Positions 48,469 through 57,723 of a stretch of 64,000 nt of DNA are shown here, in pieces. Numbering within the stretch: the stretch's first letter is position 1; each line of letters begins with the position of its first letter. The notes under the pieces are model-generated. The model made no database searches, was not told the DNA's origin, and worked only from the letters and a program-made list of their open reading frames with translations. Origin of the DNA: Eubacteriales bacterium. Lineage in GTDB: Bacteria > Bacillota > Clostridia > Oscillospirales > CAG-272. The stretch is taken from the NCBI GenBank assembly GCA_045612715.1, contig JAZKZP010000115.1, positions 2,498 to 66,497 of the forward strand, given 5' to 3'. The position numbers and the translations under genes are program-made.

Positions 48469-49953
48469 ATGAAATTGACAGTAAACGGAGATATCAATAC
48501 ATTCTATGTTCAAACATTATGTATGATATTTTTTCCAGGAGAAAAATTTGTTGAAGAACAGGTAATAACAGAAGATACTCCTGTTATGGATGTAACTGTA
48601 AAAAATAGTGAAACCGGATCGTATGCTAAAGCTGTACTCACTTATAAAGGAAAGACTGTTGAATCTGAGAAGACTATTGATTTTTCCCCTGAGGTAACTA
48701 AGCAAAGAACCGCTAAAATTGCTGCTGGAAATGTTGTATTAGCGGTAGGGAGCGAGATACTTGGATATAGACCTTCTTGGGGAATGTTGACCGGAGTTAG
48801 ACCATCCAAGGTTGCTATGGAAATGCTTCTTAACGGAAATACTAAAGCAAAAGTTAAAAAAATACTTAATAATGATTATTTTGTTATTCCCAAAAAAGCT
48901 GCTTTGGCTACCGATATAGCGCGCAGAGAACAAAAAATTATCGGTAATCCCGATGTTCGTGACTGTAGCATTTATATTTCTATACCGTTTTGTCCTTCGC
49001 GTTGTTCATATTGTTCCTTTGTATCATACACAACACCCAAGCTCCTATCTCTAATACCTGCGTATTTGGATAAATTATGTGAAGAACTTAATACATTGCT
49101 CGATACTGTTATTGACCTTGGATTGAATTTAAAAACAATTTATATAGGTGGGGGAACACCAACTATTTTAACCGAATTTCAGTTAGAAAAATTACTTTCT
49201 TTAATTGATAGTAAGATAGATGTTAATTCTCTTGAAGAATTTACTTTAGAGGGCGGACGTCCCGATACTATTACCGCTGAAAAATTAGCAGTAGCGAAAA
49301 AACACGGTATAACGAGAATCAGTGTAAATCCTCAGTCTCTTAATGAGCATGTTGTAAAGTCTATTGGTAGAAGCCATAGTATTGAGGAATTTTATCGTGC
49401 ATTTGATATTGCTAGAAATTCGGGAATTAAATGTATAAATACTGACCTTATTGCAGGATTGCCGGGTGACAACTTTAAGTATTTTTCATCCACTGTTGAT
49501 AAGATAATTGCACTTGAGCCCGAAAATATTACCGTGCATACCTTTTGTGTAAAAAAAGCCGCTGATATTTTGGTACAGAATCAAAATATATATTCTATCA
49601 GAGGTGGAGATGTAGGAAAATGCGTTGATTATTCTCAGTTAAGAGCACAAGCTGCGGGATATGTTCCTTATTATATGTATAGACAAAAGAATACTGTTGG
49701 TAATTTTGAAAACGTAGGATTTGCTCTTGAAGGAACAGAAGGTCTTTATAATATTTACATGATGGAAGAGGTCCATACAATTCTTTCTGTTGGTGCAGGT
49801 GCTGTTACAAAGCTTGTTGAATATCATCCTGCTAATATTGCATCAACAAAAATAACAAGATACTTTAATCCCAAGTATCCATATGAGTATTTAGATAATC
49901 ACAATAATTCAATAGTAATCGATGAGATAAAGAAATTTTATGAATGCCATTAG
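48469..49953 (+). CDS. hemZ: Radical SAM coproporphyrinogen dehydrogenase-like protein, HemZ type
   Basis: CPSRCSYCSF (CxxxCxxC) following an N-terminal extension of about 150 aa typical of HemZ. Confidence 0.8.
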   Translation: MKLTVNGDINTFYVQTLCMIFFPGEKFVEEQVITEDTPVMDVTVKNSETGSYAKAVLTYKGKTVESEKTIDFSPEVTKQRTAKIAAGNVVLAVGSEILGYRPSWGMLTGVRPSKVAMEMLLNGNTKAKVKKILNNDYFVIPKKAALATDIARREQKIIGNPDVRDCSIYISIPFCPSRCSYCSFVSYTTPKLLSLIPAYLDKLCEELNTLLDTVIDLGLNLKTIYIGGGTPTILTEFQLEKLLSLIDSKIDVNSLEEFTLEGGRPDTITAEKLAVAKKHGITRISVNPQSLNEHVVKSIGRSHSIEEFYRAFDIARNSGIKCINTDLIAGLPGDNFKYFSSTVDKIIALEPENITVHTFCVKKAADILVQNQNIYSIRGGDVGKCVDYSQLRAQAAGYVPYYMYRQKNTVGNFENVGFALEGTEGLYNIYMMEEVHTILSVGAGAVTKLVEYHPANIASTKITRYFNPKYPYEYLDNHNNSIVIDEIKKFYECH

Positions 49954-49965
49954 AAAGGAGAAAAA

Positions 49966-51252
49966 ATGAAGATTTTATTTGAAAATATAAGACTTCCTGA
50001 GGAATATGGCTTTGCAGACGAGCATATATATCTTTTGACTGATGGAAATGTTATTTCTTACATAGGAAGAGAGAAACCCTTGGAATTTGATAAAAAAATT
50101 GAAGGAAAAGGTAATCTACTTATTCCAGGATTCTATAATTCTCATTGTCATGTGCCAATGGTTATGTTTCGTGGATATGGTGAGGATCTTCCTCTTTGGC
50201 GCTGGTTGAATGAAAAGATTTTTCCTGCCGAAGAAAGATTGAATCACCAAAACGTATATGTATCTTCAAAACTTGGTATTGCTGAAATGTTGAAGAATGG
50301 CATAGTGTCATTTTCTGATATGTATATGTTTGAAAATTCAGTTGCGGAAGCAGTAATAGAAACAGGAATTAAAGCTAATCTTTCTCGTTCACTTGTTTCT
50401 TTTGGAGATAATGCAACAATTAAAGGTGACTGGCGTTTTGCTGAATCTCTTGAATGGATCAATCAATATCAAAACGCTAACAACGGCAGATTGAAAATGG
50501 ATATGTCAATTCATGCTGAATATACTAACCAAGAAAAGTATATTCGCGAAGTTGCTGAATATACTAAAGACAATAACTTAAGAATGCAGATACATGCATC
50601 CGAAAGTGAGAATGAGCATCTTGAATGCATTCGTAAATATGGAAAAACTCCGATCGAATTTTTCTATGATACAGGTGTCCTTGCTTCCCCAACCACTTTA
50701 GCACACTGTGTTTACGTGACCGATAGCGATATGGACATTATTCGTGATTGTGGTGCTTTTGTTTCACACAATGCAACAAGCAATTTGAAACTTGGTAGTG
50801 GAATTGCCAGAGTTCCTAAAATGCTTGAAAAGGGAGTTTGTGTTTCTCTTGGTACGGATGGAGCTGCATCAAATAATACACTTGATATTATGCGTGAATA
50901 TCAGCTTGTATCGATTTTGCACAAGGGTATTAATAGAGATGCTGAAGCAACAATCGCATCACAAATTCTTGATCTTGCAACATATAATGGTGCAAAATCA
51001 CAGGGAAGAGAGGATTGTGGTAAATTAAAGGTTGGAAATCGTGCTGATATTGTAATGATAGATCTTAATGCCATAAATAATAGACCCTGTTTTGATACAT
51101 ATTGTACACTTTCATATAGTGCAAATTCATCCAATGTTTTATTAACGATGGTAGATGGTGATATTCTTTACCAAAACGGTGAATTCACAACCATTGATAT
51201 TGAAAAATCCATTTATGAATTTGATGAAATTTGCAAGCATTATTTTGATTAA
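49966..51252 (+). CDS. mtaD: Amidohydrolase, 5-methylthioadenosine/S-adenosylhomocysteine deaminase type
   Basis: Metal-binding HCHVPM, HASE and later D motifs of the amidohydrolase fold. Confidence 0.8.
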   Translation: MKILFENIRLPEEYGFADEHIYLLTDGNVISYIGREKPLEFDKKIEGKGNLLIPGFYNSHCHVPMVMFRGYGEDLPLWRWLNEKIFPAEERLNHQNVYVSSKLGIAEMLKNGIVSFSDMYMFENSVAEAVIETGIKANLSRSLVSFGDNATIKGDWRFAESLEWINQYQNANNGRLKMDMSIHAEYTNQEKYIREVAEYTKDNNLRMQIHASESENEHLECIRKYGKTPIEFFYDTGVLASPTTLAHCVYVTDSDMDIIRDCGAFVSHNATSNLKLGSGIARVPKMLEKGVCVSLGTDGAASNNTLDIMREYQLVSILHKGINRDAEATIASQILDLATYNGAKSQGREDCGKLKVGNRADIVMIDLNAINNRPCFDTYCTLSYSANSSNVLLTMVDGDILYQNGEFTTIDIEKSIYEFDEICKHYFD

Positions 51253-51273
51253 AAATTAATGGAGGCGAGAACT

Positions 51274-52902
51274 ATGCAAATGAAAAAAACTGATAACAAG
51301 AGTTATGAAAAGCAGTTTTTCTCAGGAGTTGCTGTTCTCGCCATTTCTACTTTTATAGTTAAGATTATAGGTCTTTTCTATAAGATACCAATGATGGCGT
51401 ATCTCGGGGCAGAGGGGATGGGGTATTTCAATTCTGCTTATGAGATATATTCATTATTTTTTGTGATAGCAACCACAGGGGTTCCTGTAGCAATTTCAAT
51501 CCTTGTTTCAGAAAATAAAGAGCAACACAGAATAAATAATATAAAAAAAATATTTAAAATTTCGATAGTTACTCTTGGAAGTATTGGATTAGTTGGAACT
51601 CTTTTGATGGCAATATGTCATAATCAATTTGCTGCTTTAATAAGCAATGATGCTGCTGCGTTATCAATTTTAGCTATATCTCCAACGGTGCTTCTTATAT
51701 GTTTAAGTAGTGCAATAAGAGGATACTTTCAAGGAAATCAAATGATGCTTCCAACAGCTATTTCTCAAGTAATTGAAGCACTTGGAAAATTGGTTTTAGG
51801 ATTAGGCTTTGCAATCATTGCTATTAACAATGGATATTCAATGCCGATAGTAGCAGCATTTGCAGTTTTGGGACTAACTGTTGGAATTTTAATATCTTTG
51901 CTATATTTGGCTTTGTATAAGTTTTTTTATAAAGTTAAAGATACAAATACTATAGAGCAGTCTAAATTTGTCGAAAGTAATGCTACTATTATTAAACAGC
52001 TTTTATCAATAGCAATTCCTATCACTTTAAGTTCTACAATTTTAAGCTTGACCAAAATAATTGATATGACTATGATATTGGGCAGATTAAGCGCGATTGG
52101 GTATTCACAAGACTCGGCAAATGCGATATTTGGCTCTTATAGTACTATGGCGGTATCAATATATAATTTGCCGTCAACGTTGATTACAGCGGTATCATTG
52201 CCCTTAGTACCTATGTTGACATCTGCCATAGAATCTTATGATAAAACAAGAGAAAGATCGGTTATTTCGTCATCTTTAAAGCTAACTGCTCTCGTAGCTT
52301 TTCCTGCAGGTTTGGGAATTTCTGTATTCAGTAAACCTATATTGAAGTTACTGTTTTCATCACAGATGGAGGAGATAGAGTATACTGCGCCACTATTATC
52401 ATTGCTTGGTATGTCAATATTTCTTTCTTCAATGATAACGGTAACAAATGCAATTCTTCAAGCTTATAAACAGGTAAATAAACCCATTATAAGTATGGTT
52501 TGTGGTATCTTCGTTAAATTTATATTATCATTTGTTTTAATAGGTTTGCCTAATATTAATATTTATGGAGCACCTATAAGTACATTCTTTTCAACTGTAA
52601 TTATAGTGGCTATTAATTTGTATTTTATTATTAGAAATTCAGGAAATATAGGATCTATCTCAAAAATGTTTATAAAACCCTTTATTGCTTCTTTTTTAGC
52701 AGTTTCGTTTGGCGTGGCAGTTTTTTTGACTATCTCACACATATTAGATTCTAAAATAACTATAATGCTTACGATAGTTTTAGTTGCTTTAATTTATTTG
52801 ATAGCAATAATCAAGTTGAAAGTTATTGAAAATGAAGAGATACTAATGTTGCCTAAAGGTAATTTTATTATAAAAATATTGAAAAAAATTCACATTGTGT
52901 GA
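51274..52902 (+). CDS. MOP-superfamily polysaccharide/lipid II flippase (YabM / SpoVB-like)
   Basis: About 14 TM helices. Sits upstream of mazG, as yabM does in B. subtilis. ATG 51274 follows GGAGG. Confidence 0.8.
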   Translation: MQMKKTDNKSYEKQFFSGVAVLAISTFIVKIIGLFYKIPMMAYLGAEGMGYFNSAYEIYSLFFVIATTGVPVAISILVSENKEQHRINNIKKIFKISIVTLGSIGLVGTLLMAICHNQFAALISNDAAALSILAISPTVLLICLSSAIRGYFQGNQMMLPTAISQVIEALGKLVLGLGFAIIAINNGYSMPIVAAFAVLGLTVGILISLLYLALYKFFYKVKDTNTIEQSKFVESNATIIKQLLSIAIPITLSSTILSLTKIIDMTMILGRLSAIGYSQDSANAIFGSYSTMAVSIYNLPSTLITAVSLPLVPMLTSAIESYDKTRERSVISSSLKLTALVAFPAGLGISVFSKPILKLLFSSQMEEIEYTAPLLSLLGMSIFLSSMITVTNAILQAYKQVNKPIISMVCGIFVKFILSFVLIGLPNINIYGAPISTFFSTVIIVAINLYFIIRNSGNIGSISKMFIKPFIASFLAVSFGVAVFLTISHILDSKITIMLTIVLVALIYLIAIIKLKVIENEEILMLPKGNFIIKILKKIHIV

Positions 52903-52917
52903 TAGAAAGAGAAGACA

Positions 52918-53622
52918 ATGTTAAAAAATGAAAAGGTTGAAAAAATATTATCTAAAAACAAATATAATTTTGATGATTTGTGTTTAATAATGGAAATACT
53001 TCGAGGTGAAGGCGGATGCCCTTGGGATGCTGAGCAAACTCACGAAAGCATTCGTAAAAATTTTATTGAAGAAACATATGAGGTAGTTGAAGCAATAGAT
53101 ACTCAAGATTATAAATTGCTTCGTGAAGAACTTGGCGATGTAATGCTCCAGGTTGTGTTTCATACACAAATGGAAAACGAAGCCGGAAGATTTGATATTA
53201 ATGATGTTGCCAATGATGTTTGCGTTAAGTTAGTACACAGACACCCGCATATTTTTGGTGATGTAAAAGCTGATACTGCCGATGAAGTGCTCAGCAATTG
53301 GGAAGCAATTAAGAATATTGAAAAAAGTAGAGAAACTATGTATGATAAACTTAGTTCGATTCCGCCTATGACGCCAGCGCTGATGAGGGCAAGTAAAGTT
53401 GCTAAAAAATCAGGTGAATTCAAGGAATTTAGCAATGAAAATATCATAATTGAATTACAGAAAAAGTTGGATAGTATGGGATGCAATGATAATGAAATTT
53501 CAAGTGAAGCTATGGGTGAAATTTTATTTTTAGTGTCTGTTTTGGCTTATAAAACTGATGTAGATGCAGAGGAAGCATTGTTTAAAAAAACTAATTTATT
53601 TATAGAAAAATACAAAGAATAA
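52918..53622 (+). CDS. mazG: MazG nucleoside triphosphate pyrophosphohydrolase
   Basis: EETYEVVEA / ELGDVMLQV motifs of the MazG fold. Confidence 0.88.
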   Translation: MLKNEKVEKILSKNKYNFDDLCLIMEILRGEGGCPWDAEQTHESIRKNFIEETYEVVEAIDTQDYKLLREELGDVMLQVVFHTQMENEAGRFDINDVANDVCVKLVHRHPHIFGDVKADTADEVLSNWEAIKNIEKSRETMYDKLSSIPPMTPALMRASKVAKKSGEFKEFSNENIIIELQKKLDSMGCNDNEISSEAMGEILFLVSVLAYKTDVDAEEALFKKTNLFIEKYKE

Positions 53623-53726
53623 TTTTTTGGTAAAATGTGAACAAATTTTAGTTATTGTGTTTGTGTATTAACAACAAAACCTTAAATTTATGTTAAAAAT
53701 ATATAAAAAATTATCAAAAAAATTGT

Positions 53727-53755
53727 AAAAACCCTTGATATTTCAAGGGTTTTAT
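53727..53755 (+). terminator. Putative terminator after mazG, overlapping the hup promoter -35
   Basis: Stem AAAACCCTTGA/TCAAGGGTTTT with loop TATT. The U-tract is partly inside the stem. Confidence 0.5.
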
Positions 53756-53763
53756 GGTATCAT
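53735..53763 (+). promoter_or_regulatory. Promoter of hup
   Basis: TTGATA, 17 nt, TGgTATCAT. Confidence 0.55.
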
Positions 53764-53814
53764 ATCTATGTAATGATATTCATTACATAAAATATGAAAG
53801 GTTAGGATTTAAAA

Positions 53815-54087
53815 ATGAACAAAGTTCAATTGGTTGAAGCAGTTGCTGCTGCTGGTAAGCTTACAAAAAAAGATGCAGAGGTTGCTGTAAAGGCTGTTAC
53901 AGATTCTATCGTAGCTGCTCTTCAGAATGGTGAAAAGGTTCAGCTTGTTGGCTTCGGTACATTCGAAGTTAAGGCTCGCGAAGAAAGAAAGGGTAGAAAC
54001 CCCAAGACAGGTGAAGAAATCGTTATCCCTGCTTCTAAGCACCCCACATTTACAGCTGGTAAAGCATTTAAGGATGCAGTTAACTAA
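53815..54087 (+). CDS. hup: HU family DNA-binding protein
   Basis: 90 aa, [35 protein letters not shown].. Confidence 0.95.
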   Translation: MNKVQLVEAVAAAGKLTKKDAEVAVKAVTDSIVAALQNGEKVQLVGFGTFEVKAREERKGRNPKTGEEIVIPASKHPTFTAGKAFKDAVN

Positions 54088-54096
54088 TTATTGATT

Positions 54097-54130
54097 ATAA
54101 ATTATGGGCGGTTAACCGCCCATAATTTAT
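54097..54130 (+). terminator. Putative terminator after hup
   Basis: Perfect palindrome AAATTATGGGCGG-TTAA-CCGCCCATAATTT followed by a weak T-tail. Confidence 0.55.
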
Positions 54131-54146
54131 TAAATTGGAGATATTT

Positions 54147-54389
54147 ATGCGATTAGATAAATTTTTAAAAGTATCAAGAATTATCAAAAGAAGAACAGTA
54201 GCTAATGATGCTTGTGATAATGCACATGTAACAGTAAACGGTAGACCTGCTAAAGCTTCTTATGATGTAAAAGAAAATGATATTATAGAAATTACCTTTG
54301 GCACAAGAACACTTAAGGTATGTGTTCTGGATGTAAAGGAACACGTTTTGAAAGATGATGCGTCTTCTCTTTACAGAGTAATTGAATAA
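54147..54389 (+). CDS. S4 domain RNA-binding protein (YabO-like)
   Basis: MRLDKFLKVSRIIKRR.. S4 motif. ATG 54147 follows GGAG. Confidence 0.85.
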   Translation: MRLDKFLKVSRIIKRRTVANDACDNAHVTVNGRPAKASYDVKENDIIEITFGTRTLKVCVLDVKEHVLKDDASSLYRVIE

Positions 54390-54399
54390 TTCATAAAAG

Positions 54400-54448
54400 A
54401 AACACCCTTAGCATAGTGTTAACTATATAATGCTGGAGGTGTTTTTTT
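54400..54448 (+). terminator. Terminator-like hairpin whose 3' arm contains the yabP RBS
   Basis: AAACACC (54400-54406) pairs with GGTGTTT (54438-54444) and inner AGCAT pairs with ATGCT. T-run 54442-54448 ends at ATG 54449. Confidence 0.4.
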
Positions 54449-54736
54449 ATGTTGGATTCCAAACTCAGTTCAATAAAGTCTGAACATAAGTTAGAACTTG
54501 ATTTTAGAGAAAAATTGAGTCTTACAGGAGTAAAGGAAATAATAAATTTTGACGACAAAAATGTAAATGTAAAAACAAATTGTGGAGAGTTGTCTATTGA
54601 TGGTGAGAAAATACACATTAATGTTTTAAATGTGGAAAAAGGTGAGCTTGAAATTCAGGGCAAAATAAATGGTATTAATTATTTTGATGTGTATGAAAGT
54701 GATAAGAAAAATTTGCTTTCAAGAATATTTAAATAA
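54449..54736 (+). CDS. yabP: Sporulation protein YabP
   Basis: 95 aa. Family resemblance, and position between yabO-like and yabQ. Confidence 0.8.
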   Translation: MLDSKLSSIKSEHKLELDFREKLSLTGVKEIINFDDKNVNVKTNCGELSIDGEKIHINVLNVEKGELEIQGKINGINYFDVYESDKKNLLSRIFK

Positions 54737-55165
54737 ATGGTAAGTGATTATAACAAAATTTTAGAAGCTTTGATCATATCAATAGTATTGGGATTCTGTT
54801 CCTTATCCATATTTGATGTATTTAACATATTAATTGGATTATTAAAATCAAAATATAAAATTATTTTAATGTTTATAAAGGACGTTATTTGCGTTTTTAA
54901 CTATTGCTTTTTGTTGATTTTAATTTTTTATTATTCTAATTCAGGGGCTTTTAAGGGTTTATTTTTTATAGGTGTTTTGTTTGGTAGTATATTGTATTAT
55001 TACCTATTTCGACATTTGTTTCGTAGGATATTCAATATAATATTACTGCCAATTAAAGTTATAGTAACCTATGTGTGCGGAATAATAAGAAAAATATTGA
55101 TTTTTTTAGCTCATACTATTGAAAAAATTGAGTTTAGGTTGTATAATAAAAGAGGTAATTCATAA
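54737..55165 (+). CDS. yabQ: Spore cortex biosynthesis membrane protein YabQ
   Basis: 142 aa, strongly hydrophobic. Follows yabP with no gap. Confidence 0.75.
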   Translation: MVSDYNKILEALIISIVLGFCSLSIFDVFNILIGLLKSKYKIILMFIKDVICVFNYCFLLILIFYYSNSGAFKGLFFIGVLFGSILYYYLFRHLFRRIFNIILLPIKVIVTYVCGIIRKILIFLAHTIEKIEFRLYNKRGNS

Positions 55166-55195
55166 TATTAATTCTTGTGTAGAAGGTGTAATAAG

Positions 55196-55495
55196 TTGAA
55201 AAACAATAATAAATTAAATGGCAAAAAAATTAAAAAGCTTCCATCAATCTTGCTTGGGATTTTTGTGTTATTGATGGTGATTGTATCACTAATAATATCC
55301 GCCAATAAAATGATGGAATATATAGCCATTAAACAGCAAACGGAAGTGTTGGAAGATATATACGTTAATAAATTAATAGAAATAGACGAATTGAAGTATT
55401 ATATAAATACCGAAGTGGATGATGCCTATAAGGAAAGAATGGCAAGACTTATGGGATATTGTTTCCCCGATGAAACAATATTCTATGTTGAATAG
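55196..55495 (+). CDS. divIC: Septum formation initiator (DivIC/FtsB family)
   Basis: Basic N-terminus, one TM helix and a coiled-coil segment. Synteny after yabQ. TTG 55196, 7 nt after AAGGTG, is preferred over TTG 55175, but the start is uncertain. Confidence 0.65.
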   Translation: MKNNNKLNGKKIKKLPSILLGIFVLLMVIVSLIISANKMMEYIAIKQQTEVLEDIYVNKLIEIDELKYYINTEVDDAYKERMARLMGYCFPDETIFYVE

Positions 55496-55515
55496 TAATA
55501 TTTAAGGAGTTTAAA

Positions 55516-56406
55516 ATGATTGATGTTTTAATTATAGGGGGAGGTCCTGCGGGACTTTCAACTGCTATATATGCAAAAAGAGCTGGACTTTCTGTAACTA
55601 TAATAGATAAGGGTGCAGGCGACTGTCAGCTTACAAAAGCTACTGAGGTTGAGAATTATCTCGGATTTAATGCTATAAGTGGATTAGAGCTTCATACAAA
55701 ATTTTTGGAACATGCTAAAGCACATGAGATTAATATTGTTAAAAAAGCAGCGGTATCCGTTGAAAAAATCGAAGGAGGCTTTAAAGTATATACCAAAAAA
55801 GACGAATTTGAATGTCACCATTTAGTTTTAGCTATGGGTAGATCACATAAACATCTTGGTGTGAATGGCGAAGAAAAATTTGAGGGTGCTGGGGTTTCAT
55901 ATTGTGCCACCTGCGATGGCTTTTTCTTTAGAGATAAGACGGTAGTGGTAGTTGGTGGGGGAGATAGCGCTCTGACTCAAGCTATCTATCTTTCTGCTTT
56001 TTGTAAAAAAGTATATTTAATTCATAGACGCGATACTTTTAGAGCTGCCGATTATCTTGTTAAACGCGCTTCTGCAAAAGAAAACATTGAATTTGTTTTG
56101 AATGCCACTGTTGATGAAATTTTAGGAGAGAACTTTGTAAATGGTATCAAGGTTATCATCAATGGCAATGCAACACAAATTGCTTGTGACGGAGTTTTCG
56201 GCGCTATAGGAGAACAACCCAACTTGAAATTTGATATTGAAGGATTAAACAGATCATCAAACGGTCAAATAATTACAGATGTCTACTGTAAAACTAATAT
56301 TGACAATTTGTATGCTGTTGGTGATATTAGAGAACGTGAAGTGTATCAAATCATTACTGCTGTGGCGGACGGTGCATTGGTAATTGAAGGTATTCTCAAA
56401 AACTGA
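55516..56406 (+). CDS. trxB: Thioredoxin-disulfide reductase
   Basis: GGGPAG FAD motif, redox CATCDG, and GGGDSA plus HRRDTFRA NADPH motifs. Confidence 0.9.
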   Translation: MIDVLIIGGGPAGLSTAIYAKRAGLSVTIIDKGAGDCQLTKATEVENYLGFNAISGLELHTKFLEHAKAHEINIVKKAAVSVEKIEGGFKVYTKKDEFECHHLVLAMGRSHKHLGVNGEEKFEGAGVSYCATCDGFFFRDKTVVVVGGGDSALTQAIYLSAFCKKVYLIHRRDTFRAADYLVKRASAKENIEFVLNATVDEILGENFVNGIKVIINGNATQIACDGVFGAIGEQPNLKFDIEGLNRSSNGQIITDVYCKTNIDNLYAVGDIREREVYQIITAVADGALVIEGILKN

Positions 56407-56437
56407 ATTTGTTTTTATAAAAGAATAAATCGAAAAT

Positions 56438-56491
56438 AAAACTCATATATTTCATTAAAAAGATTTGGAGATGAAATATATGAGTTTTTTT
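56438..56491 (+). terminator. 18-bp perfect hairpin plus T-run enclosing the dac translation start (terminator-like or translational element)
   Basis: 56438-56455 AAAACTCATATATTTCAT pairs perfectly with 56471-56488 ATGAAATATATGAGTTTT. The 15-nt loop contains GGAG. Seven Ts at 56485-56491. Confidence 0.5.
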
Positions 56492-57649
56492 GATATTGTT
56501 AAGAAATTATTTTGTGTTTTCTTGTGTTTGGCTTTGTTATTATCTTTTGTAGATTATTATACTTATGCTAAAGAGAAAGATGTCAACGAAAATATGCAAT
56601 TCGACTGTAAAAGTGTTATTCTGATGGAAGCAAGTACAGGAACTGTGTTATATGAAAAGAATGCTTCAGAAGCTCTACCGCCAGCATCTGTGACTAAAAT
56701 AATGACATTGTTATTGGTGATGGAAGAAATTGATAAGGGAACACTTAGATATAGTGATCTTGTTACAACAAGTGCTTATGCTGCATCAATGGGCGGATCT
56801 CAGATATATCTTAAAGAAGGAGAGCAGATGAGTGTTGAAGATATGATTAAGAGTGTTGTAATCTCATCGGCTAATGATGCTGCGGTTGCTTTAGCAGAAC
56901 ATATTTGTGGCTCAGAAGAGGTGTTTGTTAAACGAATGAATGATAAAGCAAAGGAGCTAGGTATGACTGACACAAATTTTGAAAACACCAATGGTTTGGA
57001 TGATACAGCCACAAATCATGTTACAAGTGCTCGTGATATAGCTATAATGTCACGGGAATTGATTAAGCACGAAGATATACTCAAATACAGCTCAAGGTGG
57101 ATGGATACTATTCGAAACGGGGAATTTGGGTTAACTAATACAAATCGCTTGGTAAGATTTTATCAAGGTGCAACAGGACTAAAAACAGGATCAACGGATA
57201 AAGCAAAATTTTGTATTAGTGCTACCGCTAAAAGAAACGGGATGCATTTGATTTGTGTAGTTATGGGGGCGCCCAGTAGTGATGTTAGAAATTCTATAGC
57301 ATCACAGCTGCTTAACTGGGGCTTTGCTAATTATGAATTATATATAGATAAATCAGAAAATTTAGCTCCAATAAAGCTTACCTCGGGTACTGAAAACAGT
57401 TGCAATTTAAAAACTATGGAATTTTCTTTAGTTGTCCCAAAAGGAGATGCAAAGAAAATAGATAAAACATATAGAATTCCATCTAAAATCAGTGCTCCTA
57501 TACAGTTAGGTGATGAGGTTGGTTATGTTGAATATAGATTGAATGACAAAATAATTGGAAAATCCTCGATTGTTTCTACAGAAAATGTGAAAAAAATAGA
57601 TTTTATGACATTGTTTATTAGAATTTTATCAAAATTTCTCATAAAATAG
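56480..57649 (+). CDS. D-alanyl-D-alanine carboxypeptidase (S11, PBP5 type)
   Basis: Signal peptide and a complete motif set: SVTK, SAN and KTG. ATG 56480 lies 9 nt after GGAG. Confidence 0.88.
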   Translation: MSFFDIVKKLFCVFLCLALLLSFVDYYTYAKEKDVNENMQFDCKSVILMEASTGTVLYEKNASEALPPASVTKIMTLLLVMEEIDKGTLRYSDLVTTSAYAASMGGSQIYLKEGEQMSVEDMIKSVVISSANDAAVALAEHICGSEEVFVKRMNDKAKELGMTDTNFENTNGLDDTATNHVTSARDIAIMSRELIKHEDILKYSSRWMDTIRNGEFGLTNTNRLVRFYQGATGLKTGSTDKAKFCISATAKRNGMHLICVVMGAPSSDVRNSIASQLLNWGFANYELYIDKSENLAPIKLTSGTENSCNLKTMEFSLVVPKGDAKKIDKTYRIPSKISAPIQLGDEVGYVEYRLNDKIIGKSSIVSTENVKKIDFMTLFIRILSKFLIK

Positions 57650-57660
57650 CAAAAATACTA

Positions 57661-57689
57661 TTGCAATTTTTGATAAAAAGTAGTAAAAT
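57661..57689 (+). promoter_or_regulatory. Promoter of pgi
   Basis: TTGCAA, 17 nt, TAAAAT. Confidence 0.6.
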
Positions 57690-57723
57690 ATTTGTTAGTT
57701 GATTTTATGAAGGGAAATGTATT

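Noticed and set aside
56423-56450. GAATA ... CATATAT upstream of the second dac gene, considered as a forespore sigmaF/sigmaG-type promoter by analogy with dacF.
   Set aside because: The spacing between the two elements is about 2 nt shorter than the consensus as I recall it, and the match is short in A+T-rich DNA. It is not supportable without experimental start-site data.
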